Part shown: piece by piece, positions 19,450 through 27,567 of the stretch
How positions within the stretch are numbered: the first letter of the stretch is position 1
Layout: every line of letters starts with the position of its first letter
Sequence record: OR352940.1
Length of the DNA: 64,000 bases
Reading direction: 5' to 3' (one strand)
Source: Escherichia phage AV110
Position numbers and translations under genes: made by a program
The notes under the pieces: generated by a model
Database searches by the model: none
What the model saw: only the letters and a program-made list of their open reading frames with translations
Told to the model about the DNA's origin: nothing

Positions 19450-19465
19450 GGGACCCGAAGGTCCC
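19450..19465 (-). terminator. Hairpin GGGACC-cgaa-GGTCCC followed by T-rich tract (minus strand)
   Basis: Perfect 6-bp GC stem 5 nt after the stop of the ORF at 19471..19752. Confidence 0.5.
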
Positions 19466-19470
19466 CACAT

Positions 19471-19752
19471 TTACTTATCGCACTTAGCAACATAATTAGG
19501 CATATCACAGAATACAGAGCGAGTAACTACTCGGCCCTTTGTCCATGCTTCAGTCGCTTGTCCGGCCGTGCTATTAATATAGCTTGATTTAATGTTCTCA
19601 ATACCTTGAGAATGTGATGCATTTACCGAACCATTGGAAGGCCCAGAAGACTGGTTACCACCAGCTCCTGCACTACCGCTGGCTGCACCCGTGGTAGCAC
19701 CAACAGAGAATGTCATCATTACTGCGAATAAACCAATTGCTAATTTTTTCAT
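19471..19752 (-). CDS. Small secreted protein (signal peptide, Gly/Ser/Ala-rich)
   Basis: 93-aa ORF; N-terminus MKKLAIGLFAVMMTFSVGA resembles a Sec signal peptide. Confidence 0.5.
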   Translation of the reverse strand: MKKLAIGLFAVMMTFSVGATTGAASGSAGAGGNQSSGPSNGSVNASHSQGIENIKSSYINSTAGQATEAWTKGRVVTRSVFCDMPNYVAKCDK

Positions 19753-19783
19753 ATTTACCTCAAGTTAAGGGTTATTTATCTAC

Positions 19784-20773
19784 TTATTTATAGTAAGAAT
19801 TATGATTTTCGAGATAGACTTGCTCAAGGAAATCATCCCAGAAACTCATATCTACTTTTTGTTGCATACCATTCTTGGCAGCTTGTTCTGACGCATGTTC
19901 AACTTGGTCAACGATATCTTCTAGGAATTCTTGTACAGTTTTAAACGTATGTTTACCAAGCTTAACATCGAGAATAAATGGAGCATCCTGAAGTGGGTAA
20001 ACCAGGTCGCCGGTTTTGTAAATTTCTAATAGTTGAAGTCCACCACGACATGCATGACTCAATGCTTTCCAGTCAATACCTTCGTTAGCTTCTGCCTTAC
20101 GAGCACGTTCACCGTAGTTCTCTTCCAGTTTAACCAGGATGGCATTGAACTCTTTATTGGTTAACGTATCTTGGAATTTACGGTCTAACAGATTATAGAA
20201 TGTTTGCTTACCTGTTTTCTCGTTTTCGGTTTCAACCCACGAAGCAAATTCACCTACAGGCAGAACATTCTTCATATGTGATAAACGAATTACTGCACCA
20301 TTATCAAAGTATTGTCCCCATTCATTAGAACGTTTAAGGGCTTGACGAAGAACAGCCAGTCGAGAACCCTTGACACCGTATTTAGAAGCTTGCTTACGGA
20401 CATACCCTAAATAAGATTTCATGTTAGTGGTATAGAAGCGAGACCTGTTATCTTGAATATACTTCCATACATCAGGCAAATCAGATTTAACTACTAGACT
20501 TTGCGGAGTGTGAAGCATATCTAATGCGACGGTTTCACCATCCGCAGCTAGTTTAAAGAAATATTTGAGACTATACAATTCATGGTCTACGTCGTCTTTT
20601 GTGTTCTTAGAAGATGTGTTATTCGTGTTCTTGCTCATGTGTTCTTTAACGTTACCGGTCAAAATATCACGAGCATGAGGGATATAAATTTCTTTAAAAT
20701 CTACGTCAGATTCAGGAGTAGACGTTCCATAAAGGTGGCTACCAAAGTAGCCTTTCATAATTGTTTTCATCAT
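19784..20773 (-). CDS. Nucleotidyltransferase-fold protein (Pol-beta-like GS..DVD motif), function unknown
   Basis: 329-aa ORF; N-terminal YFGSHLYGTSTPESDVDFKEIY fits the GS-x(9-13)-DxD NTase signature. Confidence 0.5.
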   Translation of the reverse strand: MMKTIMKGYFGSHLYGTSTPESDVDFKEIYIPHARDILTGNVKEHMSKNTNNTSSKNTKDDVDHELYSLKYFFKLAADGETVALDMLHTPQSLVVKSDLPDVWKYIQDNRSRFYTTNMKSYLGYVRKQASKYGVKGSRLAVLRQALKRSNEWGQYFDNGAVIRLSHMKNVLPVGEFASWVETENEKTGKQTFYNLLDRKFQDTLTNKEFNAILVKLEENYGERARKAEANEGIDWKALSHACRGGLQLLEIYKTGDLVYPLQDAPFILDVKLGKHTFKTVQEFLEDIVDQVEHASEQAAKNGMQQKVDMSFWDDFLEQVYLENHNSYYK

Positions 20774-21243
20774 TTAGCCTTATATTCAAGAGTAGGACAG
20801 ACTTTTTCTTTACGAGCTTTAAGGTATTCACCTATTAATGATTTCTTACGTTCAATAGGCTCAAGTCCATTTTTAATTCGTTCTTGGTTTTGTGCAATGA
20901 GCTCAACTTCTTTATAATACTTCCGCTCTCTGTATAAGTCGATTAGCCACGGTATGCCTAATACTAAAACTATAGAAATACCAACACATAATGCAATGAA
21001 TAAAACACCTACACCAATTGAGGCCGGAACTAATGTCCATAAACTACTAAAGACAAAGAATTTAGTTAAAATTTCCTGGCCAACGATTGTGGCCGCTGCT
21101 AAAATCGCAAATCCAATAATCGAAACAAACAATACCGGGAGAAACGTTTTCCAAAAATAAGCACACAACGTTTTCGGGCGATTCCATGTACTATTAAACG
21201 CGGTATAAATTTTAAAGTGCCAAGAGTTTTCATTGATAATCAT
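20770..21243 (-). CDS. Hypothetical membrane protein
   Basis: 157-aa ORF with at least three hydrophobic segments; stop overlaps the start of the NTase-fold gene. Confidence 0.5.
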   Translation of the reverse strand: MIINENSWHFKIYTAFNSTWNRPKTLCAYFWKTFLPVLFVSIIGFAILAAATIVGQEILTKFFVFSSLWTLVPASIGVGVLFIALCVGISIVLVLGIPWLIDLYRERKYYKEVELIAQNQERIKNGLEPIERKKSLIGEYLKARKEKVCPTLEYKAK

Positions 21244-21252
21244 AATAATTCC

Positions 21253-21783
21253 TTATTTCAAAGTTGGGATAATAGAATCGAGATAAGCTTTAAGAGCAAC
21301 TGCCTCATCTTTGTCTAATGTAATGATATGTTGACGAAGGTCATCAATTTGGCGAATAACTACGACATCACCGTCTTCATAAGAAGGATTAACGCCTAGG
21401 ACTGTTGTATAGTCAGGGCGGTCCTGATTTGTAATAAAAGCATTACGGCATTTAGCCCATTGAAGTTTGGCCTTTTTGGCTGTTTCAGATTCCATTAATT
21501 CTTTCACCTTATTGACAAATGTTTTCCAATTATTAATAGAAAAACATTCGTCTTCAGTTTCGATATTAACCCCACTATAAAGTCCGTGATAAAAACGAAC
21601 TTGAAGGTCTTCATCAATGTTAATTACAGATGCATGGCCGGGTGGATTGAGTTTCAAAATCTTGTCCAGTTCCATAGGAAGAATAGTAGCAGCATCATCT
21701 TCTTGTGTCAGAACATACACATAACCACGTTTTTCGATACATAAATCACCAAACAACTCGGTTGTTTCAATTACAGTTTTCAT
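21253..21783 (-). CDS. Hypothetical protein
   Basis: ORF track 21253..21795; start at MKTVIE (21783), overlapped ATGA-style by the upstream small ORF. Confidence 0.5.
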   Translation of the reverse strand: MKTVIETTELFGDLCIEKRGYVYVLTQEDDAATILPMELDKILKLNPPGHASVINIDEDLQVRFYHGLYSGVNIETEDECFSINNWKTFVNKVKELMESETAKKAKLQWAKCRNAFITNQDRPDYTTVLGVNPSYEDGDVVVIRQIDDLRQHIITLDKDEAVALKAYLDSIIPTLK

Positions 21784-21784
21784 A

Positions 21785-21964
21785 TTATTCACCAATTAAA
21801 GTTTCAACAAAATTCACCAAATCATTCAGACAAGCATCAACCTGTTTTTCATAAAAGTCTTCGTTATCATTTACTGCATGATAAGCTACATCATTCAAAT
21901 CTGAATCGGCTTCACGTAAGTCACGGATAAGGTCCATCAATTTATTAGCTTGTTCACGGGTCAT
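21785..21964 (-). CDS. Hypothetical small acidic protein (59 aa)
   Basis: Hand-translated ORF MTREQANKLMDLIRDL.., below the track cutoff. Confidence 0.35.
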   Translation of the reverse strand: MTREQANKLMDLIRDLREADSDLNDVAYHAVNDNEDFYEKQVDACLNDLVNFVETLIGE

Positions 21965-22090
21965 TTTACCATACTCGTTTCAATAAGATTCACTATGCCG
22001 TTTACCATGTTATAAGTAAACATCGGATAATTATATTGTACTACAACATAAGCGATAAGCAAAAGTTTCATTTTGGTCTCCGTTCGTTTT

Positions 22091-22129
22091 GATAGGACCA
22101 CTATAACATAGTCCTATCAAGATGTAAAC
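22091..22129 (-). promoter_or_regulatory. PeSL-type early promoter (arms ATAGGACC/AGTCCTAT, GTTTAC -35)
   Basis: Plus-strand gataggaccactataacatagtcctatcaagatgtaaac. Confidence 0.55.
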
Positions 22130-22344
22130 TACCGATTATGTTTTAAAATACTATAAAGAGCTTCTACTTGGCTTGCATCCAGGTAAATAACATCATCATC
22201 TTGCTCAATGGAAATTCCGCCAGTATTACCTTCAACGAAATTACATTCGCATACTTCAACAGTGCGATATACATCACCAACTGGATGCTCAGGCTCCAGA
22301 ACAATCACACCATCTTCAGAACAACCGCTTGGGTCATATAACAT
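22129..22344 (-). CDS. Hypothetical small protein (MLYD.. paralog A)
   Basis: ORF track 22129..22419 trimmed to MLYDPSGC at 22344 (SD GAGGAAA). Confidence 0.45.
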   Translation of the reverse strand: MLYDPSGCSEDGVIVLEPEHPVGDVYRTVEVCECNFVEGNTGGISIEQDDDVIYLDASQVEALYSILKHNR

Positions 22345-22435
22345 TACAGTTTCCTCGCTAACCATGAAAAGAATAAACCAATTAAAACAGGTCCTACAGC
22401 CATTGTTAACCAAGCCCAAGGTTCAAGATAATAAA

Positions 22436-22603
22436 TCATCTCATGCTCCTGTGCCAACAGTTTCTTGGTTCACGTTTAAAAATTTCATCATGCATTGATT
22501 GACAACCAACACAATATATCACCACCGTATCGTCATCTTCAGCGCTTTCAGGTAAAAGTTCAAGTACACCGTCTTCAGATTTTCCAGTATAATCGTAAAG
22601 CAT
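22436..22603 (-). CDS. Hypothetical small protein (MLYD.. paralog B, diverged C-terminus)
   Basis: ORF track 22436..22630 trimmed to MLYDYTGK at 22603 (SD GAGGA). Confidence 0.4.
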   Translation of the reverse strand: MLYDYTGKSEDGVLELLPESAEDDDTVVIYCVGCQSMHDEIFKREPRNCWHRSMR

Positions 22604-22610
22604 AATATCC

Positions 22611-22790
22611 TCACATAATCTCGTTAACATACATTTGCAATTCGGTGTGGGCGTCAGCCATCTTTTTCATAGCTCTGTTAATGTCGATGTCTCCATCTTC
22701 GCAACCATGAGCATTTTCCCAATCAGATACCGCATTAGCGTACTCTTCAATCAAAAACATTAACTTAGAAATTTTTTCTTTACGTGACAT
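22611..22790 (-). CDS. Hypothetical small protein
   Basis: ORF track 22611..22859 trimmed to MSRKEKIS at 22790 (SD AGGAGAA). Confidence 0.4.
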   Translation of the reverse strand: MSRKEKISKLMFLIEEYANAVSDWENAHGCEDGDIDINRAMKKMADAHTELQMYVNEIM

Positions 22791-22794
22791 AACG

Positions 22795-22846
22795 TTCTCC
22801 TCTAGTAAGTAAAGTTTACTATAACACAACCTGAGGAGAAGTAAAC
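22795..22846 (-). promoter_or_regulatory. PeSL-type early promoter; stem arms TCTCCTC/GAGGAGA, right arm doubles as the SD
   Basis: Minus-strand reading GTTTACttctcctcaggttgtgtTATAGTaaactttacttactagaggagaacgttATG. Confidence 0.6.
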
Positions 22847-22862
22847 TGATAGATGCCAAAAA

Positions 22863-22884
22863 GCCCCAACCATAAGGAAGGGGC
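22863..22884 (-). terminator. Rho-independent terminator GCCCC-(12 nt)-GGGGC + TTTTTGG after rI
   Basis: GC stem then U-run on the minus strand; same hairpin recurs at 38417-38438. Confidence 0.65.
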
Positions 22885-22891
22885 TAGTAAA

Positions 22892-23194
22892 TTAGATAGA
22901 TGTAGGCTCTAATTTTATTTTCATGAACTCGGCAAATTGTCTGGCAGTTTTTATGCCTTGTTCATGACATTCAAATGCATCATCACAGGGGCTATTTTTG
23001 TAATGCTTTGCCATATACTTATAGAATTTTTCAGAATTCTCGACATTTTGAATTTCAAACAAAGTATATACGTTTTTAATCCCTGATTCCATAAAGTTAT
23101 CAAAATATGGGTCAACATATGCAGTGCCAACAATAGGAGTTGTTGCTGCAAAAAACCCCAGCATCGCCATGACAGCTATCGCTCTTAAGGCCAT
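22892..23194 (-). CDS. rI: Lysis-inhibition regulator rI (periplasmic antiholin)
   Basis: 100-aa ORF with N-terminal signal-anchor; extended similarity to remembered T4 rI (..DPYFDNFMESGIKNVY..). Confidence 0.8.
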   Translation of the reverse strand: MALRAIAVMAMLGFFAATTPIVGTAYVDPYFDNFMESGIKNVYTLFEIQNVENSEKFYKYMAKHYKNSPCDDAFECHEQGIKTARQFAEFMKIKLEPTSI

Positions 23195-23206
23195 ATAGGC
23201 CTCCTG

Positions 23207-23419
23207 TTAATTTTGGCCAGTATTTATTTTTCGCCTTTGGACGGCCTTAACATCTGTGAGGTATTTTTCCAGCTTGCGCTTGCGTGTATAATCAGCTTTA
23301 GAACCAGTTTGACGGATATCCTCGTTTAAATGAGAAATAGAATGTCCTAATTCTCTTCGGATTTCATCCAATTGGGTTACAGTAAGATTACGAAGTTGTC
23401 TTTCGTTTAATTGCTGCAT
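23207..23419 (-). CDS. Hypothetical protein (rI.1 position)
   Basis: 70-aa ORF between tk and rI. Confidence 0.5.
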   Translation of the reverse strand: MQQLNERQLRNLTVTQLDEIRRELGHSISHLNEDIRQTGSKADYTRKRKLEKYLTDVKAVQRRKINTGQN

Positions 23420-23443
23420 ATATACCTCTTGGTTAGATATTAG

Positions 23444-23451
23444 TATTTATA
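23444..23451 (-). promoter_or_regulatory. Late promoter TATAAATA (minus strand) about 25 nt upstream of the rI.1 start
   Basis: Exact T4 late-promoter octamer on the minus strand, overlapping the tk stop. Confidence 0.5.
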
Positions 23452-24028
23452 ACAACCCTGTCAAATCATTCCAATGCTTCCGGCATAATGACACATATCT
23501 ATCGGTATCACCAATTTCAATTTGACTGCCATCTGTAATTGGAAGTCCGTCTTCCGTGACTCTAGCTACCATTGTGGCCTTTTTACCACAATGACAGACA
23601 CCTTTAAGTTCAACAAGCTTATCAGCAATAGCCATTAATGCTTGAGAACCTTCAAATAGATTACCTTTAAAATCTGTTCGTAGTCCATATGCCATTACCG
23701 GCACATTGTATACGTCAACAATACGACTAAGTTGATACACCTTTTCAGTAGTTAAGAACTGAGCTTCGTCAACAAATACACAATGAATATCCTTTTGTGC
23801 TGCAGCCCATTTATAGAATTCAAAGATATCCATGTCTTTTGTAATTATATTGGCATCCTGACGAATACCAATACGAGAGACTATTTCACCTTTTGAATCA
23901 CGAGTATCAATAGCCGGTTTAAGAACTAATACACCCATGCCACGTTCTTTATAGTTATGTGCGGCAGTAAGTAATGAAGCAGACTTACCAGCATTCATAG
24001 CGGCATATGTAAAAATTAAACTAGCCAT
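23447..24028 (-). CDS. tk: Thymidine kinase
   Basis: 193-aa ORF; P-loop AAMNAGKS, VDEAQF, Zn-ribbon C..C pairs. Confidence 0.9.
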   Translation of the reverse strand: MASLIFTYAAMNAGKSASLLTAAHNYKERGMGVLVLKPAIDTRDSKGEIVSRIGIRQDANIITKDMDIFEFYKWAAAQKDIHCVFVDEAQFLTTEKVYQLSRIVDVYNVPVMAYGLRTDFKGNLFEGSQALMAIADKLVELKGVCHCGKKATMVARVTEDGLPITDGSQIEIGDTDRYVSLCRKHWNDLTGLL

Positions 24029-24037
24029 AAGAGTCCC

Positions 24038-24220
24038 TTATAGTGAATTCACGTAGTCAATGAGTTCTTGTTCTTTCCTGTCAAATGATTCCATCAATGC
24101 TTGATATTCTTCATCTGTTAAAGGAGCATATTCATCGTACGCATTGGTGGCTGCTTGCTCGTCCAATAGGTCATGGATAAGTTCGAACAGTTTAGTTTTC
24201 TCTTCTTTAGTCAATTTCAT
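24038..24220 (-). CDS. Hypothetical small acidic protein
   Basis: 60-aa ORF. Confidence 0.45.
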   Translation of the reverse strand: MKLTKEEKTKLFELIHDLLDEQAATNAYDEYAPLTDEEYQALMESFDRKEQELIDYVNSL

Positions 24221-24444
24221 TTAGGTTCACCTTCTTTAACGAAATCCGGGTAAGGGTAAAATCCTGAGTAAAACCCTTCACCTTTATGATTGCTACAACC
24301 TTTGTTCGAACAGTAACACCAATAATCAAAATCACAAGCCATTTCGTCATTGCATAAAGCAAAAACTACAGGCCATTCGCATTTTTCGCATTTAGCACCT
24401 GTAAGAATTTTTGTTTGACTCATAGCCATGTCACCTTTAAGCAA
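24217..24444 (-). CDS. Hypothetical Cys-rich small protein
   Basis: 75-aa ORF with 8 cysteines. Confidence 0.45.
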   Translation of the reverse strand: MLKGDMAMSQTKILTGAKCEKCEWPVVFALCNDEMACDFDYWCYCSNKGCSNHKGEGFYSGFYPYPDFVKEGEPK

Positions 24445-24647
24445 TATTCTTCTACATGTTGTTTACGGCCTTTCTTATCAATAAAGGTATATTCAACGAA
24501 TGTTCCAATGTAGTCTTTATCTACATCATGTGGACTATTAATTGGACATTTGGTACGACAAATGCGTTCCCATTGACGAATAATTACTGCCTTATTCTTT
24601 GGGTCATATGGATGTGGATAATGTATATTCATAATAATGGTTCCCAA
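24420..24647 (-). CDS. Hypothetical small protein
   Basis: 75-aa ORF. Confidence 0.45.
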   Translation of the reverse strand: MGTIIMNIHYPHPYDPKNKAVIIRQWERICRTKCPINSPHDVDKDYIGTFVEYTFIDKKGRKQHVEEYCLKVTWL

Positions 24648-25126
24648 TCAACAATCACAATTTCTAGTTTAGTGGAATACGTATCTAAAATCTCTTCGAT
24701 GACATCCCAGTTTCCACCACCAATACCTGCACCAATTCTTGGCATATAAATTACAGGCTTTGTTATCTTATTCTTTCCGAATTCATTTAATTCTATTATA
24801 CAATTCATTAAAGCAGAGTACTCAAAATTAGGTCCAGGCTCAAACTGCGTATAAAGATTAAAGCAATAAGCTTTATGGGTCTTAAAATATTTTTCATAAA
24901 CCGAATAAGACCCGAGTTTAGACTCGTCTCCGAATTCGGTTTGAAGTTTATCGGCTTCTAAAATTTTTGGATAAGCCTTTGCTAATTGGCCTGCTACACC
25001 GGCGCCCATTGTATGAAAACAATTACACCCATGAGCAATATTATTACCTTTAGAAAACAGGGCGACAATATCGCCCTTGATATAGTTTTTAATCACTTGC
25101 TGCAAGTCCTCTATTATAAGAGTCAA
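24629..25126 (-). CDS. Macro-domain-like protein (putative ADP-ribose binding/hydrolase)
   Basis: 165-aa ORF; IAHGCNCFHTMGAGVAGQLAKAYP and glycine-rich IGAGIGGG resemble macrodomain signature motifs (from memory). Confidence 0.55.
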   Translation of the reverse strand: MTLIIEDLQQVIKNYIKGDIVALFSKGNNIAHGCNCFHTMGAGVAGQLAKAYPKILEADKLQTEFGDESKLGSYSVYEKYFKTHKAYCFNLYTQFEPGPNFEYSALMNCIIELNEFGKNKITKPVIYMPRIGAGIGGGNWDVIEEILDTYSTKLEIVIVDWEPLL

Positions 25127-25436
25127 CTAGACGGTCCACCATAGAATTGCATGCTGCCTTATCTTTAGGTTCCGCCACCGAGCATTCTAATATTTGCCAT
25201 TTTTTATAGTATCTTTTAATTAAGGTAGACGCCTTGAACCTACTAGACGCCCCATCTTTTTCTCCGTCTTTATACGCATATAACAATTTTTGTGAAAAAT
25301 CTACTTTACACTCTTGACTTTTACCACAATAATCAGACGCCGTTCTGTTTGTATACTCCGTTACATCAGTATATGTAGTATTAGCAAGAGCGTTAAATGA
25401 AACCAAGCCAACTATTAAAGCCAACATTTTGGTCAT
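25089..25436 (-). CDS. Small secreted protein (signal peptide, four Cys)
   Basis: 115-aa ORF; N-terminus MTKMLALIVGLVSFNALA. Confidence 0.5.
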   Translation of the reverse strand: MTKMLALIVGLVSFNALANTTYTDVTEYTNRTASDYCGKSQECKVDFSQKLLYAYKDGEKDGASSRFKASTLIKRYYKKWQILECSVAEPKDKAACNSMVDRLVDSYNRGLAASD

Positions 25437-25975
25437 TCTTTTATTTCCAGTAGTTTATTTGATTTAAGGTAATTAGCCTTTTCTAGGACTTCAGAAGCAT
25501 ATTTACTTCCAGCACTTGTCTTCCATCCCGCATTATATGAGGATATAGCTTTTCTTATATCCCCGTTATGTATATTTAACCAATAAGAAAATTCAATATA
25601 AGCCCATCTGGCTGAATTAGACCGCTTAGATAGCATTTTCTTAATTTGGGCATCAGTCATATTATAACCAAGCTGGTTAATTCTTGCCCTCATTGTTGGT
25701 AGATAATTTTGGAACATTCCATACGCATGGTGACCTTTCTTATCTTTAAGATTAATACCGGCAGATGATTCCTGCCATAGTATGGCGGCCATTATGTATC
25801 CAAGTCCTTTCTTATGCATATTTTCATGCGTTTTAAATTTTCCGTCCTTAGAAAACTGTTCCCCAAACTGATAAGCATAATTCAAGTTATCGAGTTGGAC
25901 ATTACTAAAAGTATGCTCGGAGCTATGTGCTGATAACGAAAGAGCAAATAGACCAGCGAGTAGTGCTTTTCTCAT
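25433..25975 (-). CDS. Secreted lytic transglycosylase-like protein (SLT-domain motifs)
   Basis: 180-aa ORF; signal peptide MRKALLAGLFALSLSAHS; WQESS and AYGMFQ motifs. Confidence 0.6.
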   Translation of the reverse strand: MRKALLAGLFALSLSAHSSEHTFSNVQLDNLNYAYQFGEQFSKDGKFKTHENMHKKGLGYIMAAILWQESSAGINLKDKKGHHAYGMFQNYLPTMRARINQLGYNMTDAQIKKMLSKRSNSARWAYIEFSYWLNIHNGDIRKAISSYNAGWKTSAGSKYASEVLEKANYLKSNKLLEIKE

Positions 25976-25983
25976 GTTTACCT

Positions 25984-26442
25984 CTAGATTTTAATCACTG
26001 CTTTAGAAGCTTTTCCTGGTAGTCGTTTACTGTTAATAATAGCCATTCTGCATTGAAGAGTCTTCATTTTGAATGCTGGATTTTCACGACAAACTGTAAG
26101 ACCTAACCAAAGATTTCCATCAGTTATTTCTAAACGGCCTGGGCGATATTCGACACCTTCGACAAAATCTTCATCAACATCTGGACGTGCCGGCATTGAT
26201 AAAAATTCTGCAACTTCTTTAACATGATTTTTTACTTTATGAAATAATTCAAAAACGTAATTCTCATCTATTTCTCTCTGGATGGCACGATCTAAGAGAT
26301 GTTGAGAATACTTGATATGAAAGCCTGGTAGTCCAAGAGACTTTGCAGCATCTTTTATACCGGCATTTATTTTGCGGAACTCCGTTTCAAAGATTCGACG
26401 GAGTTTATTACGGCGGATAAAAACGTCTGAATTGATAGTCAT
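25984..26442 (-). CDS. regB: Endoribonuclease RegB
   Basis: ORF track 25984..26466; start at MTINSDVF (26442); extended similarity to remembered T4 RegB. Confidence 0.85.
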   Translation of the reverse strand: MTINSDVFIRRNKLRRIFETEFRKINAGIKDAAKSLGLPGFHIKYSQHLLDRAIQREIDENYVFELFHKVKNHVKEVAEFLSMPARPDVDEDFVEGVEYRPGRLEITDGNLWLGLTVCRENPAFKMKTLQCRMAIINSKRLPGKASKAVIKI

Positions 26443-26447
26443 TTTGA

Positions 26448-26499
26448 TTTCTCCTCTAGTTGTCATGTCTATAGTAACACAACTAGAGGAGAAGTAAAC
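26448..26499 (-). promoter_or_regulatory. PeSL-type early promoter with 15-bp perfect inverted repeat upstream of regB
   Basis: TTCTCCTCTAGTTGT ... ACAACTAGAGGAGAA, then GTTTAC -35; right arm supplies the regB SD. Confidence 0.65.
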
Positions 26500-26503
26500 T
26501 ACT

Positions 26504-26719
26504 TTATTGATAAAATGGAGTTAAAGCCCAAGATTCTTTAGATACCATATTGGCGAAATGCCTCATCTCTTCGATTTGGCGACGACGCTGGTCAGCATAG
26601 TCTTCTTCGCCTTCTTCCTTACAATCTTCAAGGTCTTCTTCAAGATACTTTAAGTATTCACTACAAATTTTGTTGACCTTTTCTTGAAAGTCCAATAACC
26701 CAGTAATAGTAGAAGCCAT
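26504..26719 (-). CDS. Hypothetical small protein
   Basis: ORF track 26504..26761 trimmed to an internal Met (TAATG overlap with upstream gene). Confidence 0.4.
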   Translation of the reverse strand: MASTITGLLDFQEKVNKICSEYLKYLEEDLEDCKEEGEEDYADQRRRQIEEMRHFANMVSKESWALTPFYQ

Positions 26720-26985
26720 TAGTATTTTTCCTCGGGTCGAAATACTGCACGACAGGCCCACATGCTGGCTTCTTTTAGATGTTGCTTAGCGTACTTAAGA
26801 GCCTGCACTACATCCATATCTTCTTTGGTTTGTTGCTCTGTTTCATTTTCTTTCAAGATATATGCTTCTTCAATCAGAGCATCAAACATCAATCCAAGAC
26901 GGACTTCGGCATCTTTAATAGCGTTCACTTTGCCGATTTTGTCATCGGTGTGCGGTTTGTAACCTTTAATATCTTCAATCGACAT
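26719..26985 (-). CDS. Hypothetical small protein (regB-denV accessory block)
   Basis: ORF track 26719..27153 trimmed to MSIEDIKGYK at 26985. Confidence 0.4.
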   Translation of the reverse strand: MSIEDIKGYKPHTDDKIGKVNAIKDAEVRLGLMFDALIEEAYILKENETEQQTKEDMDVVQALKYAKQHLKEASMWACRAVFRPEEKY

Positions 26986-27199
26986 AAGGAATTTCCTCAT
27001 CGGTGGCAAGGTCATATTCGACCAATTGGATAGGCTCATTAATACCATATCCACGCACAGTGATATCAGTTGTCGGATAGTTTCCGGTAATATCACCCAT
27101 TCTAAATGCTTCAGTGAATGATTGCTCGCCTGAGCAACTAAACCAGGCGGCAAAACATTTTAAAACATCTTCAGACCCTTCTATAATCAATTTAGCCAT
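26975..27199 (-). CDS. Hypothetical small acidic protein
   Basis: 74-aa ORF. Confidence 0.45.
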   Translation of the reverse strand: MAKLIIEGSEDVLKCFAAWFSCSGEQSFTEAFRMGDITGNYPTTDITVRGYGINEPIQLVEYDLATDEEIPYVD

Positions 27200-27561
27200 T
27201 ATAGACTCTCAGTAAAGGTACGAGCGATAACGTCGCGCTGCTGTTCTGGAGTCAGAGAGTTAAAGCGAACTGCATAACCGGATACACGAATGGTCAGCTG
27301 AGGATATTTTTCCGGATGCTTAACTGCATCTTCCAGAGTTTCACGACGCAGAACGTTAACGTTCAGGTGTTGACCACCTTCAATTTTAACTTTAGGTTGA
27401 TGTTCAATTTCAATTTCACGGGCATTCAAACCGTAGAAAATTTCCGGGTCTACAATAGCGTCTTCTTTAAAAGTCTTAGAGACAATAATCCGGGCCTGAG
27501 TACCGTCTTCAAAATAAATAGTGCCTTTATGCGCACCTTCAAGAATTTGATATGCTTTCAT
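27199..27561 (-). CDS. Autonomous glycyl-radical cofactor (GrcA/YfiD-like)
   Basis: 120-aa ORF; C-terminal half carries glycyl-radical motif [17 protein letters not shown] and closely matches remembered E. coli YfiD. Confidence 0.85.
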   Translation of the reverse strand: MKAYQILEGAHKGTIYFEDGTQARIIVSKTFKEDAIVDPEIFYGLNAREIEIEHQPKVKIEGGQHLNVNVLRRETLEDAVKHPEKYPQLTIRVSGYAVRFNSLTPEQQRDVIARTFTESL

Positions 27562-27567
27562 ATAACC

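Noticed and set aside
21961-22071. 36-codon hydrophobic ORF (MKLLLIAYVVVQYNYP..) with SD GGAGA, overlapping the next start ATGA-style
   Set aside because: Plausible, but too short to separate from chance; it lies in a promoter-rich intergenic region.
26719-26985. Naming this ORF as the Acb2 (vs.4) ortholog
   Set aside because: Position is compatible, but I cannot recall the T4 Vs.4 sequence reliably enough to assert homology.
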